A DNA stretch of 64,000 nt from Eledone cirrhosa (Eukaryota), in assembly GCA_964016885.1 (NCBI GenBank), contig OZ024743.1, forward strand, positions 163,060,001 to 163,124,000, read 5' to 3'. The notes beneath the pieces were generated by a model, which did no database searches, was not told where the DNA came from, and saw nothing but the letters and a program-made list of their open reading frames with translations. A program made the translations under genes and the position numbers. Position 1 is the stretch's first letter. Each line of letters starts with the position of its first letter. Shown piece by piece: positions 28,462 through 41,395 of the stretch.

Positions 28462-28527
28462 TTTTTTTTTTTTTTTTTTTTTTAATTGTGCAATGGCCAT
28501 ACTCGATAACGAGGGGGCAGCCATCAT
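27009..28527 (+). mobile_element. 5'-truncated RTE LINE copy 1 (coding to 28056, three C2H2 fingers)
   Basis: [35 protein letters not shown]; three CxxC-12-HxxxH motifs; inserted in (TA)n. Confidence 0.95.
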
Positions 28528-28538
28528 ACATGTATACA

Positions 28539-28577
<39 letters not shown>

Positions 28578-28777
28578 ATATATATATATGTATATATATA
28601 CATGTATATATATGTATGTATATACATATATGTATATATATATATATATATACATGTATATATATATATGTATATATATACATGTATATATATGTATGTA
28701 TATATATGCATGTATATATATATATATATGTATGTATATATATACATGTATATATATATATATATGTATGTATATAT

Positions 28778-28824
<47 letters not shown>

Positions 28825-28835
28825 TATGTTTATAT

Positions 28836-28885
<50 letters not shown>

Positions 28886-28930
28886 ATATATATGTATATA
28901 TATATATATATGTATGTATATATATACATG

Positions 28931-28961
<31 letters not shown>

Positions 28962-28969
28962 GTATATAT

Positions 28970-29011
<42 letters not shown>

Positions 29012-29230
29012 ATATATATGTATATATATGTATATATGTATATATATATACATGTATATATATATATGTATATATATACATGTATATATATATATGTATA
29101 TATATATATACATGTATATATATATATGTATGTATATATATATGTATATATATACATGTATATATATATATGTATATATATACATGTGTATATATATGTG
29201 TGTATGTATATATATATGTATGTGTATATG

Positions 29231-29277
<47 letters not shown>

Positions 29278-29285
29278 GTATATAT

Positions 29286-29318
<33 letters not shown>

Positions 29319-29371
29319 AATATATACATGTATATATATATATGTATGTATATATATACATGTATATATAT

Positions 29372-29441
<70 letters not shown>

Positions 29442-29468
29442 GTATGTATATATATATATATATACACG

Positions 29469-29505
<37 letters not shown>

Positions 29506-29616
29506 GTATGTATATATATATATATATATGTATGTATATATATATATATACATGTATATATATATATGTATGTATATATATATATATATGTATGTATATA
29601 TATATATATATACACG

Positions 29617-29649
<33 letters not shown>

Positions 29650-29750
29650 GTATGTATATATATATATATACACGTATATATATATATATATGTATGTATA
29701 TATATATATATATATGTACGTATATATATATATATATGTATTTATATATA

Positions 29751-29786
<36 letters not shown>

Positions 29787-29944
29787 TATATATATATATG
29801 TATGTATGTATATATATATATATGTATGTATGTATATATATATATATGTATGTGTATATATATATATATATGTATGTATATATTTATATGTATATATGTA
29901 TGTATATATATATATATATATGTATGTGTATATATATATATATA

Positions 29945-31060
29945 TCTGTCAAACAGAACCCAACATGTTGTAGTTGAAGGAGTCAAATCCAGCCCAGCCA
30001 AAGTCAGTAGTGGGGTCCCACAAGGCACTGTGTTGGGCCCACTTCTCTTCATCATCTATATTAATGACATCACTAACATCATCAAACACAGCAACATTAA
30101 AATTTTCGCTGATGATTCCAAGCTCCAAAAGGTCATCAATGGCGTGGATGACCGGATCGGCCATCAGTCAGACCTACTGGCTGTTACCCAATGGGCGGAA
30201 AAGAACAACATGTTACTGAACGAAGACAAATTCGAACTGATCCACTTTGGAAAAGAGGATGCTCTGAAACTCCCGTACTCCCTTCCCTCCGGGGAAACTC
30301 TCGTGGCATCTAACAACATCAGAGACTTGGGAGTAACCGTGGACAGCAACATAAGCTGGGCCACGCATATAAGCAGCAAAGTTGACATGGCCCGCAGAAT
30401 GTGTTCCTGGATCCTCAGAACCTTCCAGTCGAGAGATTCCCACACCATTATCCTTCTCTTCTCTACTTTTGCCCGACCACACCTTGAATACTGTTGTCCA
30501 CTGTGGTCTCCCCACACGAAACAAAGTATCATGAAACTTGAAGCTCCTCAAAGGGCAATCACGAAAAAGATAGATGGCATGTCAGACCTTGACTACTGGG
30601 GTCGACTAGAAAAGCTGAAACTTTACTCACTCGTTATATTATCTGCATGATGTGGAAAATGTTCCATCATCACTGCTCAAATGATGTTGGCATCGCCTTC
30701 AAGATACACCCAAGGCTTGGGCCCCGTGCTATCCGTCCCATACAAAAATCTAAATCGCAACTCATAACAACAATACGGCACAATTATTTCACCTCAATTG
30801 GCCCTGCTCTCTTCAACATCACACCAGGACACGTCAAAACAGAAACTGACCACACAAAATTCAAGAAGTCTTTGGACAAATTCCTCCAAGTAATCCCGGA
30901 CAAACCACCCACACCCGGATATGTCTCCGCAAACAGTAATTCTCTTCTCGAATGGGCATGGTGCCCAAATCCTGAATTAAAAGACTTCGCCAGGTGGTGC
31001 TATTAAGTTAGACATGGCCTGGGCCAATACTGGCCAAAACATTTCAAAGTTATTCAAAGT
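29945..31060 (+). mobile_element. 5'-truncated CR1/L2-group LINE RT
   Basis: [46 protein letters not shown]; tail (TTCAAAGTTA)2; flanked by (TA)n. Confidence 0.93.
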
Positions 31061-31269
31061 TATATATATGTATATATATATATGTATATATATATATGGT
31101 TATACTTGGGGAGGGTCATATTTGTGTAATATTACCAGAATTAATAACAGAACACACTCACTGTTTGGTTGGTTTTCGCTTTATATATCTATGTATGTAT
31201 ATGTATGTATATATATATATATATATTTATATATATGTATATATATATAATCATATATATGTATATATG

Positions 31270-31810
31270 TAGAGATTATATTTAATTTGTTGGGATACAA
31301 CAAGCAAATATTTTTATAACTGATATAAAGCACTCAACAAATTATTGGAGTAAATATACAATATATTAACACATGGAAACTATATTTATAAAACCATATT
31401 TATTTCATTATGCATAATTCAAGGGCCACCAAGGCAGATTATGGTGCGCTTTCATCAGATAAAATACAATATAGATTAGTTTTATAAATAAATATTGACA
31501 TACCCTGAAAAATGCAACTTTACCGTTGAAGTCTCCTGGATAGTGGAGATATTAGATTTATTGTTGGTTTATTATGCAAATTAGTCTGCATAATAAACCA
31601 AGAATAAATCTAATATCTCCTCTATCCAGGAGACTCCAACCGTCAAGGTTGCATTTTTCAGTGTATGTCAATATTTATTTATAAAACTCATCTATATTAT
31701 ATTTTATCTGATGAAAGCGCACCATAATCTGCCTTGGTGGCCCTTGAAATATGTATAATGAAATAAATATGGTTTTATAAATATAGTTTCCATTTGTTAA
31801 TATATTGTAT
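31270..31810. mobile_element. Family A palindrome; HHR at 31700-31765 (+) intact, 31401-31466 (-) has GAAT
   Basis: Inverted arms meeting at about 31585. Confidence 0.85.
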
Positions 31811-31844
31811 ATGTGTATATATATGTATATATAAATATTTATAT

Positions 31845-32684
31845 ATACGATATTAAATAAATGGAAACTATATTTATAAAACCATATTTATTTCATTATA
31901 CATATTTCAGGGATACCAAATTAAAATATGGTATGCCTTCATCAGACAAAATACAATATATAAACAGTTTTATAAATAATTTTGACGTACCCTATTAAAT
32001 GCAACCATTATTTTTGGAAGCTGTCTGGATAGTGAGATGTTTATAATTATTTTATTAGTTATAGTGTTAAGCACAGTTAGAAAAATACATGACGTAAAGT
32101 TGTCACTATATCCCCCTCTCTCTATATAGTATTTCCTCTCTCTTGAGTTTTTCTATCTGTATGATGAATTATTATCTCTCTGTTGTTTTCTTTTGTTTTT
32201 CTTATTTCTTCCTTTTTTCTTTCTTTTTTTTATTTCCTCCTATCTATTTATATCTTTCTTTTCTACATACATTTCTCTCTCTCTCCGATATTTCTCCAGG
32301 TTTTCTTTTTCTCTCTCTCCTTCTTTTTCTCTCCGTTTTTTCTTTCTCTCCGTCTTTTTCTAACTGTGCTTAACACTATAACTAATAAAATAATTATAAA
32401 CATCTCACTATCCAGACAGCTTCCAAAAAATAATGGTTGCATTTAATAGGGTACGTCAAAATTATTTATAAAACTGTTTATATATTGTATTTTGTCTGAT
32501 GAAGGCATACCATATTTTAATTTGGTATCCCTGAAATATGTATAATGAAATAAATATGGTTTTATAAATATAGTTTCCATTTATTTAATATCGTATATCT
32601 ACTCCAAAAACTTGTCGAGTGCTTTATATCAGTTATAAAATATTTACTTGTTGTATCCCAACAATTTTAAATAGAACTTTTGCA
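31845..32684. mobile_element. Family B palindrome; HHRs at 31889-31953 (-) and 32488-32552 (+)
   Basis: Arms about 31845-32085 and 32355-32597; tattttgt-CTGATGA-aggcatacca..tggtatccct-GAAA-TATGTA-TA. Confidence 0.85.
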
Positions 32685-32736
32685 TATATTTATATATATA
32701 TATTTATATATATATATGTATATATATATACATATG

Positions 32737-32768
<32 letters not shown>

Positions 32769-33040
32769 CATATATACATGTATATATATATATGTATATA
32801 TATATGTATGCATATATAAATGAAGTAACAGGAGGCTGGACTGGTGTAAATCCTTGAAAGGTTTATTATACTATGACCGGGTTCCATATGAATCCGGTGA
32901 TGTCATCAGGTATTGGAATATAACAAAGGAATATGTATATGTATATTGTATGTATATATATATATGTATATTTATATATGTATATATATATATATGTATA
33001 TTTATATATGTATATATATATATATGTATATTTATATATG

Positions 33041-33121
<81 letters not shown>

Positions 33122-33216
33122 GTGTGTATATATGTATATATATGTATATATATATGTATATATATATATGTATATATATACATATATGTATATATATATA
33201 TATGTATATATATATG

Positions 33217-33267
<51 letters not shown>

Positions 33268-33392
33268 TCTTAGGGTAAACATTGATGCAATTCAAATCAA
33301 GCACTCAACGTACTTATTCCACATAGGAGTGACGGAGTAAATATCGAATAAGGAAAAGCGAAGTAGTTTCAGATGTTCAAGTCCTTTAATAA

Positions 33393-33484
33393 TAATTGTT
33401 TCTACTTTTGGCACAAGGCCAGCAATTACCCAGTGCATTACTGGTACTTTATTTTATCGACCCTGTAAGGATGAAAGGCAAAGT
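33393..33484 (-). mobile_element. 3' half of the Meta-like SINE
   Basis: Matches the tail half of the 1859-2042 copy. Confidence 0.85.
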
Positions 33485-34033
33485 TATAATAATAATGCTG
33501 TGATATATATTTCAATGGCGAAAGTGGCCACACTGTTCTGTGGGCCAGTCTCGCGACATCGCCAGACAGCTTGTTACATAATAAGGTTATGTTTCCGAGG
33601 CAATCCAAATTGAATCGATATGGGAACGGACGAAGTATGTGCTTTTGGGTTCTTCATCCGTTCCTCTGTGAGTACCAATTCACCCCAAATGGTCTGCGCA
33701 GGCGCAGGTCAGGGGGCAGTTGACCATTAGCTACCGCAGATTTAAACGAAATTCGCTTAGTCAGTTCCCTCTCTCAGCCAGACAATGACCCATTCAAGCC
33801 TGCACCATAGTTTACTGGGATGGGTAGCAGTAAACTATGGTGCAGTATATATATATGTATGTATATATATATATGTATATATATGTATGTATATATATAT
33901 ATATATGTATATATATGTATGTATATATATATATATATGTATATATATGTATATATATGTATGTATATATATATGTATGTATATATATGTGTATGGATAT
34001 ATATATATATATGTGTATGTATATATATATATG

Positions 34034-34065
<32 letters not shown>

Positions 34066-34190
34066 TCTATATATATATATGTATATATATATGTATATAT
34101 GAATATATGTATGTATGTATATATATGTGTATATATATATATATATGTATATATGAATATATGTATGTATGTATATATATGTGTATATAT

Positions 34191-34804
34191 ATATGTCAGG
34201 TCACCAGTTGGTGCTACTGGTAACATGTATTCCAGTACAACCTGTCCCATGGTCGGGTCGTTGGCGACTAAACTGGCAACCCCACCAAGGTTTCTTGGTG
34301 AGGAGGGTGACTTTGGACATCCTGCAGGACTAAAAACAAAACCTGTCAAAAGGCAAAGGAGCTCTTAAGAGTCAATGGCCATCCAAAATCACCGGGAGAG
34401 ATGACCCCTTAGCCTTTGTCAAGGCAGAATTCTAGGAGAAGGAAAACTCTGATATAACACCTGCAACCCTGATGGTATCCAATGATGTTGACTTGTTCTT
34501 CTTTTTGGTAAATATCATCTTGGTTAAGAGAGTGGGACTGGCTTTGTGCAGTGCCTTTGCTCACTATAAAAGCTTCACGGCACAGGCATTGCTTTATATC
34601 TGGAGATCTCTCTGCATTTGTCGTCACATGGTACCATGGGCCCAGCACTATGTGTCAATAATTGTCACAAGTGTAGTGTTTGTACCAGAGCTTTCAAGTC
34701 GCTGGCTGGACTAAAAAGTCACACTCGTTCAGCGCATCAGTAGGGGTTCTCCTACATGGATATAAAGTAGTGGCCGTACTCGAAAACGAGTTGGCAGCCA
34801 CCAT
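34191..34804 (+). mobile_element. Non-autonomous RTE-derived bipartite element, apparently full length
   Basis: RTE-like 5' motif CTAGGAGAAGGAAAACTCTGA; 3' part encodes relic [25 protein letters not shown]-stop; terminal GGCCGTACTCGAAAACGAG..GGCAGCCACCAT matches the RTE LINE end. Confidence 0.85.
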
Positions 34805-34879
34805 ATATATATATATATGTATATATGAATATATGTATGTATGTGTATATATATATATATGTGTGTATATATATATATG

Positions 34880-34910
<31 letters not shown>

Positions 34911-34927
34911 ATGTATGTATATATATG

Positions 34928-34958
<31 letters not shown>

Positions 34959-35013
34959 GTATATATATATGTGTATATATATATATGTATATATATATGT
35001 GTATATATATATG

Positions 35014-35050
<37 letters not shown>

Positions 35051-35105
35051 GTATATATATATGTGTATATATATATATGTATATATATATGTGTATATAT
35101 ATATG

Positions 35106-35146
<41 letters not shown>

Positions 35147-35542
35147 GTATATATTTATATATGTATATACTTATATATGTATTCATTTCATTTTACGTCC
35201 GCTTTTTCCCTGCTTGCAAGGGTGGGACGTATATATTTGTATATATATATCTGTATATATATACAAACATTTGTATATATATATATATATATACATACAT
35301 ATATGTATATACATATATATATATATATACATATATATATACATATATAAATATATACGAGCCACCCTTGCAAGCAGGGAAAAAGCGGACGTAAAATGAA
35401 ATGAATACATATATAAGTATATACATATATAAATATATACATATATAAATACATACATACATATATTCATATATACATATATATATATATATACACATAT
35501 ATATACATACATACATATATTCATATATACATATATATATAC

Positions 35543-35591
<49 letters not shown>

Positions 35592-35751
35592 CACATATAT
35601 ATATATATATGTATATGTATATATATATGTATATATATATAGGTAAATATATATATGTATATATCTATGTATATATATATGTATATATATATGTATATAT
35701 ATATATATATGTATGTATATGTATATATATGTGTATATGTATATATATATG

Positions 35752-35788
<37 letters not shown>

Positions 35789-36098
35789 GTGTATATATAT
35801 GTGTATATATATATGTATATATTTATATATATATATGTATGTGTATATATATATATATGTATATATTTATATATTTATATATATATATGTATATGTATTT
35901 ATATATATATTCATATATATGTATATGTATTTGTATATATATATGTATTTATATATGTATATATATATGTATTTATATATGTATATATATATATATATAT
36001 AAGATTAAAATGCTTGAGTGCATTGGAGTTAAACACACTCGTCGTATTAGAGAAATGACAGTATAGGATATAGCTCAATGTAATCCAACAGAGCCGAA

Positions 36099-36280
36099 AA
36101 ATTATAAAAAATAAACATAGAAGCCTTCAATACATCAAAAGTCCTTATTAGCTGACAATGTTTCGTCCCATTAAGAAGGACTCATCAGCGCTCTGATGAG
36201 TCCTTATTAATGGGACGAAACATTGTCAGCTAATAAAGACTTTTGATGTATTGAAGGCTTCTATGTTTATTTTTTATAAT
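36099..36280. ncRNA. Back-to-back hammerhead cores (36150-36191 -, 36190-36230 +) in a near-perfect palindrome
   Basis: CTGATGA-gtcc-9nt-ggac-GAAA-CATTG-TC^agc on both strands, 4 nt apart. Confidence 0.8.
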
Positions 36281-36372
36281 ATTTTTTATAATTTTTATAA
36301 TTTTTTATAATATATATATATATATATATGTATGTATATATATTTATGTATATATATATATATATAAGTATG

Positions 36373-36412
<40 letters not shown>

Positions 36413-36968
36413 TGTATATGTATGTATATATATATGTATATGTATATATGTATATACATATGTGTATATATATATGTATATATATATATATATGTGTATA
36501 TATGTATATATATGTATATATATATGTGTATATATATGTATATATATATGTGTATATATATATGTATATATATATATAAATGTATATATATATGTATATA
36601 TATATATGTATATATATGTATATATATATATAAATGTATATATATATATGTGTATATATGTATATATATATGTATGTATATGTATGTGTATATATGTATA
36701 TATATATATGTGTATATATATATATATACACATGTATATATATATGTATATATATATACATGTATATATATGTATATATATATATACATGTATGTATATG
36801 TATATATGAATATATGTATGTATATATATGTATATATATATATATATCTATATATATATGTATATATATATATATATATGTGTATATATATATGTATGTA
36901 TATATATATGTATGTATATATATATGTATATATATATATATGTATATATATATATGTATATATATATG

Positions 36969-37021
<53 letters not shown>

Positions 37022-37354
37022 CTATATATATATATGTTTACATATATATGAAAAAATGGCGTAGACATACAACACAACAGGAGGAACAATGAATATAACA
37101 CCACTGACGATGTTGCAGATGTGCAACGAAAGATTTATGTAAACTATATATATATGTGTTTGTCTATATTGTATCTGTATTATTTTTGACCGCCGGTCAG
37201 TCAATGGCAACATTGAGGACCGAGTAAGTTAGATCGCAGATATATATATATAAAAGACAGCGAGAAGCGAAAACCAACCAAACAGTGAGTGTGTTCTGTT
37301 ATTAATTCTGGCAATATTACGCAAATATGACCCTCCCCAAATATAACAATATAT

Positions 37355-38235
37355 ATATATCTATATATATATATGTGTATATATATATGTGTGTATATAT
37401 ATATGTGTGTATATATATATATATGTATATATATATGTATAGATATATATGTATATATTTATATATGTATATATATATATATATACACATGTATATATAT
37501 ATGTATATATATATATACATGTATATATAAGTATGTATATGTATATATGTATATATATATATATGTGGATGTATATGTATATATAAATGTATATATTTAT
37601 ATATGTATATGTATATATATGTATGTATATATATATATGTATATATATATATACACATGTATATATATACACGTATATATATATGTATATATCTCTATAT
37701 ATATATATATATATGTACACATGTATATATATATGTATGTATATATATGTATATGTATATATGTGTATATATATATGTATATATATATATGTGTGTATAT
37801 ATATATATATGTATATATATATGTATAGATATATATGTATATATTTATATATGTATATATATATATATATACACATGTATATATATATGTATATATATAT
37901 ATACATGTATATATAAGTATGTATATGTATATATGTATATATATATATATGTGGATGTATATGTATATATAAATGTATATATTTATATATGTATATGTAT
38001 ATATATGTATGTATATATATATATGTATATATATATATACACATGTATATATATACACGTATATATATATGTATATATCTCTATATATATATATATATAT
38101 GTACACATGTATATATATATGTATGTATATATATGTATATGTATATATGTGTATATATATATGTATATATATATATGTGTGTATATATATATGTATATAT
38201 GTGTATATGTATATATATATATGTATGTATATATA
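37355..38235. repeat. Compound microsatellite with a 386-bp higher-order duplication
   Basis: Marker GTGGATG at 37565 and 37951. Confidence 0.75.
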
Positions 38236-38736
38236 CATTTAAATAGCTTGACAAATTGAACATTGTGGTAGGCAAAACCCAACCACACAATACGAAAGTA
38301 ACGAAAGAACTAACAGGTTAAAAAGATACACCTGGGCAAATCAAACGATATACGGTTAAAGTGTTTCTATGAATTCGAAATCAGTTATCCAACTTACGTA
38401 ACAGGCACACTCGCGGTATTCTATGATCGAACAGAGGATTCATTTCATCAACAGGGATTCCGTTCTGCCACAAATCGGAGTGGACAAGCTAAGAAGGCAG
38501 CCAGCGAACACTTAGTTGTCACGTGTTATTTCCAACAAGGGAAGCAACCCTCGGTTTTTCGCGGGTAGATTCAAAGTGTTAACAAAGGAAATATAATTTC
38601 CGCTAACATTCCGAATAAAAGCTCTCAACCAGATATTATTAAACAAACACAAATAATTAACCAATCAACAGAATTGTCTAATTAAATTAATTAGTTAATT
38701 ATTAAATCTATGAGAAAATATGTATATATATATATG

Positions 38737-38771
<35 letters not shown>

Positions 38772-39675
38772 AATATATATTTGTGAAATGGGTGGTGGTT
38801 GAAATTCAGATGTGCACGGTTAAATGGTAGTAGACGTGGTCGGGCGGACATGAAAATGTATACACCTATGTAAAAAGTGCCAAGGAAGCAAATAGACGAG
38901 GTTTCAAATCTCTAACTTGTAAAATGTGGTCCCTGGGGCCCCCAAACGGTCTATTTACTATCGCGTTCGGTGAGTTATTTCCCCCTGTTCTAATACTTTT
39001 GTCTTATTTACAATTTCATACAAATAAAGCAGTAAATAAAGGATTATGAGTTCATGCAATTGACTTATGTTTCGTCACTATATATATATATATATATAAT
39101 ATGAAAACGCTTTAATAAAAAAAAATATCAACTGTAATGTATGTATGCATGTATTTATGTGTTTATATGAGCGGGGATATGCAAGTAAATCTTAATTTGT
39201 GGACAGCTTATCCTTAGCATAATATTCATGCTAGAACAGCATATATTTGAAAGTTTTCAGGGAGTTGAACTACTGATTTTGGATCGGCAGCTTTAGCTTT
39301 GAAAAAATGAAATGTGCAGTGTAAACATTTTTTATTATTCCTCCGGGGATTAATCTTCTCTGCCTTTTTCCATCTCTTTCTTTCTCTCTGGAAGAAATCA
39401 GCCGTAGTAAGACCTAAAAAAATGGTTAGATACACCATGACGCACCATGCATCACGGTAGAGTTGAAAAGCAGACTCAGAACATGACGTTGTGTGAGGGT
39501 GGCTCGCAGCCTAATGTTCCAGGGGGAGCAGAAGATAAAGGAGATAAAGAAGAAAGAAGAAGTTGTGAGCTGGAGTCCTATCAAATATGTAGGTTGTGTC
39601 TTAAATTGAAGGTTTAGTAGAAACAATTCATGTATAGTTTTGTACTTTTCTTTTTGTCATTCATATATAAACAAA

Positions 39676-40731
39676 TCTACTATATAAATTGGAAGTGGTC
39701 GGACGTTGTGTATGTAGTCGGATAAACGTCGAAGCGGCTTGGTGGAATGCAGCGAAAATTTACACAGTTATGCAGAATGATCCGAGGAGGCATTGGGTCG
39801 ACTTTCAAGCTACAAGCTTCCATGGTTACGGAGAAAATCGATGAAACAGGAATTTCCCATTCAAATTGAACTGAGAGTAATCTGTGAACGCAGAAGTAAA
39901 TATTTCGAGAAACGTTGCAACCGAACGAAAACAGGAAGACGATATTTTGGTTTGTGAAGACGTTCCCTGGCAATGAACGGGGGAAAAGCGAGGATAATAC
40001 GTCGTTATGTGGTGCGTGAAGAACAATTTCATGCAAAGACAAGACCAAGTTTATGGTATAAAGGGAGTCGTTAGACTAATATTCTATTTAAAATAACAGA
40101 ATGATTTCCAGCCCCGGAGTTTAAGAATGATGTAAATAAAATTGAAAACGAAAATGACAGAGGTTATTAAAATAGTAAAAGTAAATAGTGAAGATTTAGG
40201 CCAGTACATACGTATGCCCCGACGGACATACACATACATACGCACACACAAATACATACCCCCCCCCCCCCACACACACACACGAACGCAAGCGCGTATG
40301 TATAAACCTTATGCATTTCTACAGTATTTTCACCAAACTTCAACATAGGTTACTTATGTACTCCAGATGGTCATGGGCACTGTAATTTTTCCAGATATTG
40401 ATTATAAGGCCCCCCGGCAGATAACCACTTTAACCACTTCCTTGGAGTCGACTGAAGCACTGCAGTGCAATGAAACAAAACGTCATAACTTCTGGAGTTC
40501 GCAACCGATTTTCACAAAACTTGACACATGGGCTACGTTTGTCCTACATATGAATGTTAACTCTCAGAATTGGCACATATTGGGTAGGGGACCCCTGGGG
40601 GCAGGAACCCCTTTTAGAAAAAGCCGATGATTTTGTAAAAGTATAGTTTTCGAAGCAGCACTGAAGTATTGACATAAATGGTATACACAACTGCTATTTA
40701 ATAACTGAGCAACGCCGGGTACCTCTGCTAG
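39676..40731 (+). mobile_element. Non-autonomous Helitron
   Basis: A|TCTACTATATAAA 5' end; GAGCAACGCCGGGT..CTGCTAG|T 3' end shared with 12999-13763. Confidence 0.8.
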
Positions 40732-40838
40732 TATATGTATATATATATATATCTACTCTGTATGAATATTGAGTGCTAATTTTGGCATACCGCCTATGGA
40801 AGCACCATAACTAACATTGTACACAAGTATATATGTAT

Positions 40839-40916
<78 letters not shown>

Positions 40917-40965
40917 GTATGTGTATATATATGTATGTATATATATGTATATATGTATGTGTATA

Positions 40966-41298
40966 TCATCATGATCATCATTTTACGTCCGCTTTTCCCT
41001 GCTTGCAAGAGTGGGACGGGAACTGATTCTGGCTTGATTTCTACAGCTGGATGCCCTTCCTAACACCAACCTCATTTACAGTGAGTGGGTGCCTTATTGC
41101 CGTGGCACCTACACGACCACTTTGCAGTGGAATGATAGGGACCCAGTCCTATCATCTCATTTCTACAGCTGAGTAAACTGGAGCAATGTGAAATAAAGTG
41201 TCTTGCTCAAGGAAACAACACATCACCCGGTCTGAGAATTGCACTCACAACCTTTCGATTGCAAGCCCAATGCTCTAACCACTAAGCCATGTGCCTCC
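40966..41298 (-). mobile_element. CORE-type tRNA SINE
   Basis: Reverse complement of the 25976-26318 family. Confidence 0.85.
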
Positions 41299-41311
41299 AT
41301 ACATACATATG

Positions 41312-41375
<64 letters not shown>

Positions 41376-41395
41376 TGTTTGTATATATATATGTA

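Noticed and set aside
32820-32930. CTGATGA followed by an ACCGG/CCGGT hairpin on the minus strand
   Set aside because: No downstream GAAA/stem III/stem I; at best a truncated HHR.
34191-34315. Canonical HDV-like or twister ribozyme
   Set aside because: CTAA and GAGGAGGG are suggestive, but the P1/P3/P1.1 and twister pseudoknots could not be assembled; kept only as an unclassified structure.
38240-39660. Possible host exons or DNA transposon
   Set aside because: No recognisable domain, TIR or repeat partner; left unannotated.
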